Source: Octopus sinensis
Taxonomy: Eukaryota
Reading direction: 5' to 3'
Assembly: GCF_006345805.1 (NCBI RefSeq)
Contig: NC_042999.1
Coordinates: 47,368,001 to 47,432,000, forward strand
DNA length: 64,000 nt
Shown: positions 25,028-35,419 of the stretch, piece by piece
How the letters are laid out: the number at the start of each line of letters is the position of its first letter
Position numbering within the stretch: position 1 is the first letter of the stretch
Program-made: the position numbers and the translations under genes
The notes under the pieces: generated by a model
The model's input: the letters and a program-made list of their open reading frames with translations, nothing else
Told to the model about the DNA's origin: nothing
Databases searched by the model: none

Positions 25028-28000
25028 CATCATCATTTTCATCATTATTATTAATATCATTATCATCATCATTATTATCATCATAATTATTATCATAATT
25101 ATTACCATAATCATCATCATCATCATCATGATTTGAATTCAGAGAGATATCGTCATCAACATTGGTTAACGCTCCCGAGTTTGATAAAATATTTGTCGAC
25201 TATTCGAGACGATATCAACGACAGGTTTTACCCAAAAACTTCTAGCATTAGAACCACTTAGCAACGGAGGCAGGCTAGTAGAATACCTAGCAGGTGGGTA
25301 CAAAATGTTAAAGAATACATATGCATGGTATTTACGTTTTATGAACTAATCAAACCACCGCCAGTTTATCCACTTATTCTTAATTTAGCGATAAAATAAA
25401 ATAGCAATCAGTGGCGGTCATTTTATCGAATGGTTTCTTCCACAAAATTTCAGGACTCCTACAATCGTGAGAAAGAATTAATATTATAACAAGTACTCGC
25501 AATGAGTAATGAAAACGTTCTTGAGAAATACATATGTCGAAAACATTTCTACAGTTATCAGATTCGATGCTCTCAGATAATATTTAGCCCATGCTAATTT
25601 TTCCGATGTCGATAATATAAATAGTAGCCATGTAACCACTGCAGGACGCAAGCCGATAAAGAAAATTCTTATCGATCGCATGATATACTAGATATGGCAG
25701 TCAATTCACACTCAAATCACACCATACACATTTAAGAAGTGAAGTACACATTGATAACGTAGACTTAGATATATCACTATAAGAACTGGTCATATTTGAA
25801 ACGCTTTAATTATTGGTGTGATCGATCAGAAATTGATATAAGGCGAACCGACTAAAACAAAAATATCAACAATGTAGAGGGAGTACTATAATCTGGGAAA
25901 ATGAGTCTCTAGTTTGCATTATTAAACCAATTAGTTGTTCTTACTCTACTAATGATTCTGACCTATATCATAAACGTCAATTAATCTCAGTTATGTGAAT
26001 AATGATGAAACACATTACGATTCTTGTACATTTCACAATCGATATAAATCTGAAAAAAGATTAATCTAGCTCCACCCACTCGCATCTAGGGAAATATTTG
26101 TACACAATAATTTCTTCGGTTGAAATAGTAGGAGTTGTTAGTGTTTTTGGCAACGTTTTATAATGAGTTATAGATAATCGCAAACATTTTTCCCCACAGT
26201 ATCTTACAGATACTATAACACAAATTGCTATAATACATTGTGTGTGAAAATTTCCTTCAGTCAGAATTTACAGTACGTTTCTTTTTTCTCTCCTCCGATA
26301 TCTCCTCTTCTATTCAGATATAGCATATCACAAATGATATATGCCTTAAGTAACATCTTTATTTTTGTGAAAATGACTCCGGTACTTCCCAGTTTTACAC
26401 AATTTTGTGACATCATTAAACTATTCAAAAGATGACTAGCTTTTATCTGAAATGGTTTTCCTTCTAACTTTCTGTCCAATGTTATAGCCTGTAGAATATG
26501 TTATTCAGAGATAACAATATTGCACTGCTCGTGTGATTTTTTCCTTTTTTTATTGTTTATACTTTAGTTACTCCGATCTTATCGTAATTTGTATTTTTTT
26601 TTTATATTTCTCGTTTTTGTCATAAATTCTCGAATAACATAGAATTATGGAGTATTATCTGAACATAAACAGCCTCTGAAATTATTGTGTTTTGCTGATA
26701 GACTTGTCACCTCTAAATAGTTTACCATCCATGTAATGCATTCCATTAATGTAATGAAACCTTCAGGAATTACATTATTAAGTTTAGGATCGTTGAAAAT
26801 TTTGTCCGCAGCATCATTTTTACCATCTATTTGCATTTTCATATTAAGATAAGATGAGAAAATCATGTATATTGGTTGATTTGTTGATTCTATAAGATTG
26901 TGTTCTGTTTCACAATATACCCCAAATATTCGTTGACTGTTCTTACTCCTACTGCAAATCATTTTTTCCTTATTTTTTTTACCTGACATAATTTACATGT
27001 AGTAGGAGGTGGATTCAAATGGTCTCATGTATTCATACACCGTTAATAAAATAGTTTTACCAGTTATGTAACACTATCTTATTGTATAAATATTATATTT
27101 TAAGACACACCAACTATATACTTATGATTCCAAGAATTTTATATTTTATAATCATGTAATTTGTCTGATATTGATTTTGGTTCAGTGAAAGTTGTAATTG
27201 ACGAAAGGAGTACAAATGTTAAACAGAATTTATATCAGAGTGCTTGATCCTGAGCTCAAGTAAATAATTTGATCAACAGTGATTTATTTTCTATCATACA
27301 AAAAAATAGCAATGCAGATGACGAGGCTTATTTCTTCAAGCCAGTATTATATATTTGAATTATTTCGACCTTCTATTAAACAAAACCCATGAAGCAATAG
27401 TGTCGTACTGATTAACCTAATATGATATGTATTTACAATTAGTTTATTGAGGTGATGAGAGATGGTGTGTGTGCACATTGTCACAGTTCAGCGTCTGTTA
27501 TGAGATTTACAACTTCAGATAGATTTATCTAACACATATAGCAGTATTACACAAAGTATCAATTTAAAGACTTGACATGTAAAAAAATCTGTAAAGGTAT
27601 TATGTTACATGCGTGCGCACCGGATCTGCTTAATTTGACAACCGTTTGCTAATATCATAAGATTATAATACCATGACAACAGCTGAAATGGTTCATATAA
27701 TTATATTCATTCCTTGTTTTATTGTTTTACATGTATTATATTATATAACATAAACCACAAAAAAATAAATACCAAAAGTACATATAATATATCAGAGAAC
27801 ATATTGCAAGTAGTAAACCTATATATGGCTCCAGATGAATGTGCGTAGTAATTGCTATCTGTTCGTGTTTATAGTATCTTATACAGATTCCTATGGGTTT
27901 GGAGTGAGTTGACCCCAGTGTCTTACTGCTGATCGTGTTGAAATGCAGCGCCTGTATATATGAGAATCCAGTTATTTGAACCGGTAATTTGATTTTACTC

Positions 28001-28602
28001 TCATGTTGCATTAACTAAATTTTTGAAACGGAAGCACTAGAGTAATTTCCTTAACAAAGAAATGGAATTTTTAAATATATTCTAAAGTATTTTAATTTGT
28101 ATATATATATTGTACCCTCAAGATTTCATTAAGTTCTATATACCTATTGTCGCTGACATAAAAATATTATGCTCAACCACATAAAATTACAACTAGAGGA
28201 ACCGAGGCATATAAATACAACATGTGCGTCTAATGGAAAACTCTGTTATCCTTCATCAGCTATCGATGAAAAACAATCATCCCACTCTCGACGATTTATC
28301 GATAATTTTGATCAAATTTTTGGCGTGAACAGCAAAAGCCGCTCGAATATGAACGAGCAAATGTGAAGTATAGAATGAGCCAAGTACACACACAAAAACA
28401 AAACGAAGAAAATTTCGGGCTGTCATAACCGAACTGTATAAAGGACAAGTTATGACAAAGAAAAATACATAAAACTAATACACAAGGACCATAACAAAAG
28501 AGAGCACACAAACACACTCACACAGACACACGCACATATATACTATATGTATATATACATACATAGACAGGTGTATATACACCTGTTTACATATATATAT
28601 AA

Positions 28603-28853
28603 ATGCGACCTTTATCAAGCCTAGCCAGCCTCGTGGGCCCGGTTTCCCGGTTTCAGTGGCGTATGAGTTCCCCAGCTGGACGCGGGATGCAAGTCCATCG
28701 CAGCGTTACTCATTTCTGCCAGCTGAGTGGACTGGAGCAACGTGAAATGAAGTGTTTTGCTCAAGAACAAAACGCGTCGCCCGGTCCAGGAATCGAAACC
28801 ACAATCTTACGATCATGATGCTGACACCCTAACCACTAAGCCACGCGCCTCCA
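28603..28853 (-). mobile_element. tRNA-derived SINE family E (V-SINE-like core)
   Basis: Reverse strand reads GGAGGCGCGTGGCTTAGTGGTTAGG...GTTTCGATTCC with core CTGCGATGGACTTGCATCCC. Related to 61837-62079. Confidence 0.82.
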
Positions 28854-28886
28854 TATATATTTATATGTATATACAATTCATTCATG

Positions 28887-28923
<37 letters not shown>

Positions 28924-29890
28924 AACACACAAACGCGTTCATATATTTGTATGTATGTATGTGTGAATGTGTATGTATATGTATCGGGACTATGAATGAC
29001 TGGACGAGTTTTGGAATAACTATACGTAGTAAGGAATCAAAAGCTTGCAAGATTTATTTAAAAAAAAATATGTTACACATTATTATGAAATATTTTTTTC
29101 TTTAAGTCATTGAGTATATCAAACATTCTACTGTTACCGAAATGTCTGTGAATGTATAAGTAACTGAATACACAATGGAACGGCTGAAATACAATCACGT
29201 ATATTTAGAGCGAAAACTCTTAACCTGAAAATACACATCTCAGGTTTACATAATCTTGCCTTTTCTGGCTTATCGTCAAAGCGTTTTCGTTTTCTATATT
29301 GTCTACTATTTCCAGAATAGATATTGATCTTCAGCATTTGCCAACTATACAACATCTTCATTCAACAAAAATTACTCGTTATACTTGACACTCACCAGCT
29401 AGGTTCTTTTACCGCCTAGATTTCATACCAAAGATAACAGGAATAGATTTTTTTGCAGGGGGAGGTAGTTTGTACACCTCCCACTCTAACGATGTTCAGA
29501 AAAAAAAAACACTACAATTTCAAGCATCTTAACAAATGTTATATTTCTCTCAAATGCCAATGCTAAGTGGGAAAGAGATTTCCATAGCATTGGGATGCCC
29601 TCTCTTTGAATATACAAGAATAAAGTAGGTATCAATATAATCTAATTTATTTATATCTATTTGTTCCAATTATACTGCATTACTTTCATGCTTATTTAGC
29701 TTTCAGTGACATATCAAATTCTGCACTATATCAATATGTTACAAATTTCGATTATGTATTTTTTTATAATTTTTTTTTTTTTTATCAGGTAGCGGATTTA
29801 TTCTTACATAAAAAGGAAATACATGGTACATCGTCTGCTATTAAATGTACATACGAATCAAATATACTCAAATGGTAATTAGTGATACTC

Positions 29891-30088
29891 TTTTATTCTT
29901 TTACTTGTTTCAGTCATTTGAGTGTGGCCATGCTGGAGCACCGCCTTTAGCCGAGCAAATCGACCCCAGAATTTATTCTTTGTAAGCCTAGTACTTATTC
30001 TATCGGTATCTTTTGCTAAGTTACGGGGACGTAAACACATCAGCATCGGTTGTCAAGTGATGCTGGGGGGACAAACGCAGACACACAA

Positions 30089-30174
<86 letters not shown>

Positions 30175-30347
30175 ATATATACGACGAGCTTCTTTCAGTT
30201 TCCGTCTACTAAATCCACTCACAAGGCTTTGGTTGGGCCAAGGCTATAGTAGAAGATATTTACCCAAGGTGCCACGCAGTGGGACTGAAACCAGAACCAT
30301 GTGGTTTGTTAGCAACCTACTTACCACACAGACACTCCTACGCCTAT
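29891..30347 (-). mobile_element. SINE family C, full length, with internal (CA)n(TA)n microsatellite
   Basis: Reverse strand head GGCGTAGGAGTGTCTGTGTGGTAAG...GGTTTCAGTCCC. Internal microsatellite at 30090-30180. Tail GAAACAAGTAAAAG. Confidence 0.9.
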
Positions 30348-31049
30348 GGTGATGCAGAAATATTAACAACACGAACTTGAATCTTATTTAGTCGATATAT
30401 TTCTTGCATAGTGTGACATTGAGAAACGTAATTTTTGACTTTGCTTTGCTAAAGTGGTAAAATTGGAAACAAATTCAGAGAGAAATATTCATTATTTTTT
30501 AAATGAAACTCTGAACGTTCTGAAAAAAAAAAGTAGTTTAATTGTCTTTGCGACTCATCACACTTTCATCGAAATAATTCAAACCAATTTTGAAGTTTTG
30601 CATCTCCAAATTTCCACCACAAAGTCCTTTCCTTATCATGGTGCAGTTGTTTGTGTGCCTCAATCAAAATTAGATGCATACTAAGGGAAGGCTCCTGATA
30701 GGGCCTCCCAGGTTAGGCTAATGTGGACCATCTCTTTCTGGGTGTAAAACCTTTACAGTAGAGCCAACAACAATCCATCGAAACAATAGAGTTACAGAAA
30801 TATCGATGATAATTCAAAACAAAAAAAAAACCTGGCTGATAAGAAAGGAAAAAATGGCAAATTAGAGTCAAGAACTGGAAAAAAAGTCATCGATGACTTC
30901 TGCTTCATCCCGTTAATTTACCATCTTAAGCTCCTCCAAGAGAGGAGCTTAAGTGGGTAAATAATACTATGAATATTTGTAGCATTGTACGTATACCGGA
31001 ATTACTATCAGTGACATGGATGCGGTGAGTTTTTGGAAATGTCAGCATA

Positions 31050-31170
31050 TAAGGGAAAAAAAGGTTAGTGCATTCAGTCCGTCATTACCTTCTGAATTTA
31101 AATGCTGCCGAAGTCGAATTTTCCGTTCATCTTTTCGGAGTTGGTGAAATAAGTATCGGTTGAGAATAGG
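31050..31170 (-). mobile_element. Decayed SINE family B
   Basis: TTCTGAATTTAAATGCTGCCGAAGTCGAATTTTCCGTTCATCTTTTCGG on the plus strand resembles the family-B B box and core. Orientation is uncertain given the decay and may be plus. Confidence 0.35.
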
Positions 31171-32959
31171 TTTCATGTGATAGTCTGGCTTCCTCCTCCA
31201 AAACATTAGGCATTGTAGTTGTATTATTATCAACATTATGGAACGACAGGATGTCGTTACTGAAAACAAGGTGTTTAGTTGAACTGTTGTTAGGATTATG
31301 TTCCCAAGTTCGATTCTGGGACTGAGTAGCACATTGATTCTTTCAGTTTCATGTCCTTTGCTATTGCCTTCTTAGATCAACAGGAGTGCTGGTTGCATCT
31401 TTGGGTTAATTTGTGATAATTTTCTTCGGTATACTTGTACACTGTCACCTAAACATTAATTCAACTTATATTAAATCGCGCGCGTTTACAATCTGGTGGT
31501 AGATTTAGAAATTACCCAAGCGTCAATGTTGTTAACCAGTATTACGTTGTGGCTAAGGTGCCTCCTTGTTGATTTTGAGTTCGAGCTTCTGAAATCGTTC
31601 AACAATTAAATATCCGTTCATTATTTTCTGTGGTGTAACAGAAAGTTTAAGTGAGAGTTTATTCACAGTTATGAGGACATGGATTAAGTTTTTGGTAATT
31701 TAGGCGGGAAAAGTGTGAAAGCCGAAGACAAATTGAGAGAGATAGTAAAACCCTTGGTAGTCTTTCAGTATGTGTCATCGTAAGCTAGATTTTATGTATT
31801 TTATATATTTTATTTATTCTGATTTCATACAGGAAGTTATTTATTCGACAATTTACAAAGATGTTCAATTAACCAAAATATTTTCATAATGATCACATAG
31901 TTCCTAATTGATTAATGTTATTCTGTTTTCAGCGGTGTGATTTCTGGTAATTTAGCTTGACTTTCAGCTAACGATGAATACTTGAGAAAATCGTATATTC
32001 TCAATTTTACTTTATAAGATAGGGTTTCTTGCTCAGCCTGTTTAATTTCTATAGAATTTACCAGTTCACTTGAAAACTGTAGAGTGTCGGATAAATTCAA
32101 TGGAAGGCATAATAAATATATTGAAAAGCGAGGAATGAATAGATATATTCAGTATTAGACTGTCAGACAGATAGATTTATGCGTGTAGGTCAGGCCATGC
32201 ACAATACAATGGGGAGTATCAAATATAGAGAATATGGAGAGCGTGCAAAAATGCAATAATAACGGTAACCAAACTCCATTATCGTTGATTTGTCATCCAG
32301 AACGTACACGGTTATTGTAGACCATGTGGTAAGGAAAAATTATAAATAGAAAAATGTATATGAAACTGAATAATACAAATTTCGTTCATTATACAGTTTA
32401 AAGTATGCAGATTTCTGCTATGAATAATAACCTCTTGATCTGTTGATATCAGAATTCCTTGGAGTTTCAGTGTCGAAAGTAAATAGAAGACGGTCGCCGA
32501 CCAGATATAATGCTAGTCACAAAATGGCTAGACACATAAAGATATGGAATATTGCTCTATTTGCTACGTTATAATTGCGAAACATGAAATAATAGTAAAA
32601 TAGAAGTAAAGTAATCATAACTTTATTAGTATAGAGACAAATATCCCAATCCCCATAAAATATTTTAAAATACTTTATACATCTGATGATTGCCCCTCTA
32701 TTTGCAGTGGCTAATTAGCATACGTAAAATCAATAGTATGATAACAGCGCTGTGTAAGTTTCCACAATATAAGGAAGATAAATCACGACATTATAGCACG
32801 AGTATGGCACTGCAGACTTAATACGAAAAGATACTTACAAAGATAATAATTGTTCGTAATTTCAATAACGGTAAAAAGTTAATGATAGAAATATATTAAA
32901 ATCAATAACAGTAAATAAGGAGGATACATTTTATAATCAAACTTCGCTAAGGTTTAGAA

Positions 32960-33120
32960 CTTGCAAAATCATTAGCACGCTGGACGAAACGCATAGCGGT
33001 ATTTTGCCTGTCGCTAACTTCTGAGTTCAAGTTCCGCCGAGTTTGACTTTGCCTCCTCAATCTTTCGGGGTCAATATATTAAGTAACAGTGGGGTCGATG
33101 TAATGGACTACTCTGCACCC
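32960..33120 (+). mobile_element. tRNA-derived SINE family B, uninterrupted (empty-site copy)
   Basis: TGCAAAATCATTAGCACGC...TAGCGGTATTTTGCC...GAGTTCAAGTTCCGCCGAG..GACTTTGCC. The A box to B box interval is continuous. Confidence 0.8.
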
Positions 33121-33236
33121 CAACAAAAAATATTTGAGGCTCTTTGCCTCCAATAGAAAAGATTATACTCAAACTTCGCTCAAAAGATAATAGTAAAAGA
33201 AACGAAGAAAGAAAACCTGCTACCAATATGGTCATA

Positions 33237-34110
33237 GGATCTTTTCGGTTTGAACGACAGTTTTTAACATAATTTCTAGGTAACAAAAACATTTTAAACT
33301 TCGTATACTGGTAGAACGTGTTTATAAAACATTTTTTCTATTGGTTTTATTAAGAAAATTCTATAGTTTATAAGATATAAAACAAATTCTCGCTATAAAC
33401 ACACCAAGGCATTTTGCAATGAGCCCTAGCGAGACTGATGGATGCATGCATTTTGAATTAGTTATCTCTTCTTCTGTATCAGACCCTGGGAGTGTTAGCT
33501 GCAACGGAATGTCTTGAGATAGAAGCCTTCTAACTGACTTGGTGTGTTTACAGCATATTATATTACTACGAGTAATTTCCTTCATGACAAAATGCAATAA
33601 ATTATTTTCTTACAGGTTCGAATATGCCGCAAGCATATTTCAAATGACGACAAGTATATCTTATATTCATATAATTTGCTAGATACTTCGGATCCTTTCG
33701 GTTTGAACGGCAGTTTTTAACATAATTTCTAGGTAACTAAACATTTTTAAAATTCGTATACTGGTAGAATGTGTTTATAAAACATCTTTGTCTCTTGGCT
33801 TTATTAACAAAATTCTATAGTTTGTAAGATATTTGTTGTTCTTTTCTTCAATTTCTGCAATTTCAACCAATCAATGATGTCCATTGAGGTAAACAGCATT
33901 CTGTGCCGTATGAATATATCCCTCGTTTAAGAAACAGATTGGGTTTATTTACATTTGTGAAGAAAAAAGATGCCCTTCCCCCCAACCCTAATCCTAACCC
34001 TAACCCTAAAATAGATTGAAATGCAATAGATCGATACTAGGGTCATAATTATGGGTGACAATTTCATATGACACCGCTAGAAAAAACTGCCGTTCAAACC
34101 GAAAAGATCC
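33237..34110. mobile_element. Composite non-autonomous DNA transposon with GG termini and 8-bp TSD (Merlin-like)
   Basis: TIR GGATCTTTTCGGTTTGAACG(A/G)CAGTTTTT and AAAAACTGCCGTTCAAACCGAAAAGATCC. Perfect TSD TGGTCATA at 33229-33236 and 34111-34118. A second left end starts at 33690. CCCTAA repeats at ~33980-34010. Confidence 0.85.
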
Positions 34111-34384
34111 TGGTCATATAACCACTAGAAAGAGAGTTACATATCGGGGCATATATTCAAGAAGAATGAAATAGTAAGACAAATGAATGCATGATTTTCC
34201 AAATGTACTCAAAGTAAGAAAGACGTTTCCCTTATGAACATAAATATGGGTGCCGGTAAGCCATAAATTTGATTTCATATAAAAATCTATCTATCTATAT
34301 ATATATATAACTGGGAACATACATACTGAAAAATAATAATAACAACAGCATTAATGCTAATAGTAATATGAATAATCCCTACCA

Positions 34385-34570
34385 CTAAATACATAACGCC
34401 TACAATTTTGGGAAAAGGGACTAGTCCATTACTTCAACTGAGGTATTTCACTCGAACTTAATTTTTCGAAACCGAAATGATGAAGGTCAAAATCGACCTT
34501 CATGGAATTTGAACTCAGAACGTAAAGACATATGAAATATCGTTTAGATTTTTACCCGGCGTGCAAATGA
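34385..34570 (-). mobile_element. Decayed SINE family B
   Basis: GGAATTTGAACTCAGAACGTAAAGAC and CCCGGCGTGCAAATGA are shared with the adjacent copies. Confidence 0.7.
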
Positions 34571-34654
34571 TTTAAAATTCCTTTGATAAAAATTTCAATT
34601 AAATATGACATTTGATCACTTGTTTTCTTTATTCCAAATTCAGACAAAACTTAA

Positions 34655-34920
34655 GGGACGACCTGATACTTATTTAATCTACCCCGAAACGATGAAAGGC
34701 AAAGTCGACCTCGGCGGAATTTGAACTCAGAACGTAGCGCCAGGCGACATACCTATTTCTTTACTACCCACATGCGGCTAAACACAGAGAGGTCAAACAA
34801 GGACAGACAAACGGATTAAATCGATTAAATCGACCCCAGTGCGGAATTTGAACTCAGAATGTAATGGCAGACGAAATACGGCTACGCATTTCGCCCGGCG
34901 TGCTAACGATTCTACTAGTA
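34655..34920 (-). mobile_element. Nested SINE family B: a tailed copy (from 34754) abutting a host copy at the GAAATACC site
   Basis: The SINE sequence stops at GACATACC (34753). Next comes TATTTCTTTACTACCC...GCTAAACACAGAG (reverse 3' tail), then SINE sequence again, continuing through a complete head. Confidence 0.75.
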
Positions 34921-35019
34921 CTCAGCCCCAATAAAAATGATCAAAATAGTGATGACGTAAACAAATCTGTAATAGTTAATATTCTGTTATATAGTGAATA
35001 AATAAAAAGTAAATTTGTA

Positions 35020-35187
35020 CTTTTCTACTTTACGCAGAAGGCACTAAACTTTTTGGGATGATGCCAGTCTATTAGACCGACCCCAGTACGCAATTGGTAC
35101 TTACTTTATCGACCCCGATTGGTGGAGGAAAAGCAAAATCGAGCCTGGCGGAATTTGAACCCAGAACGTAGTGGCAGACGAAATACC
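35020..35187 (-). mobile_element. SINE family B, 3' part (5' head resumes at 40168-40220 after the Tx1 insertion)
   Basis: GGCGGAATTTGAACCCAGAACGTAGTGGCAGACGAAATACC at the left junction joins GCTAAGTGTTTCGCCCGGCGTGCTAAC at 40181. Confidence 0.85.
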
Positions 35188-35419
35188 AATTTCTTTATTG
35201 CACACTGGGGGCTAAACTCAGAAATGGATAGAACAACTGATGGGATAAGTAATGCGATATCGTTTTAAATATAGTGTAACTTTAAAAATTCAATAAAATA
35301 TTTTTAAAAATCGAATGAAATTAACAATACAGAGACGATACAAATGAGACGATGAACAAGCCACGCCCCGACCCCACAAGCCCTGATCTATGAATGGTAC
35401 CATTTTTGTTCTCTTTTCC

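Noticed and set aside
26645-26989. 114-aa ORF with a CUB-like phrase (GVYCETEHNLIESTNQPIYMIFSS)
   Set aside because: The similarity is short, other CUB motifs are missing, and I found no convincing splice boundaries.
28230-28270. CTGATGA on the minus strand in a Penelope-like tail
   Set aside because: There is no stem II/GAAA at the proper distance, so it cannot be called a hammerhead.
32180-32325. Ankyrin-like phrase NNNGNQTPLSLIC
   Set aside because: A stop follows quickly, there is no good acceptor/donor pair, and it is likely chance.
33980-34010. CCCTAA repeats as an interstitial telomere or fusion scar
   Set aside because: Only about four degenerate units, lying inside a TIR-bounded MITE.
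34500-35190. Recurrent GGAATTTGAACTCAGAA as a CRISPR-like array
   Set aside because: Spacing is irregular, the context is eukaryotic, and the repeats are SINE B boxes.
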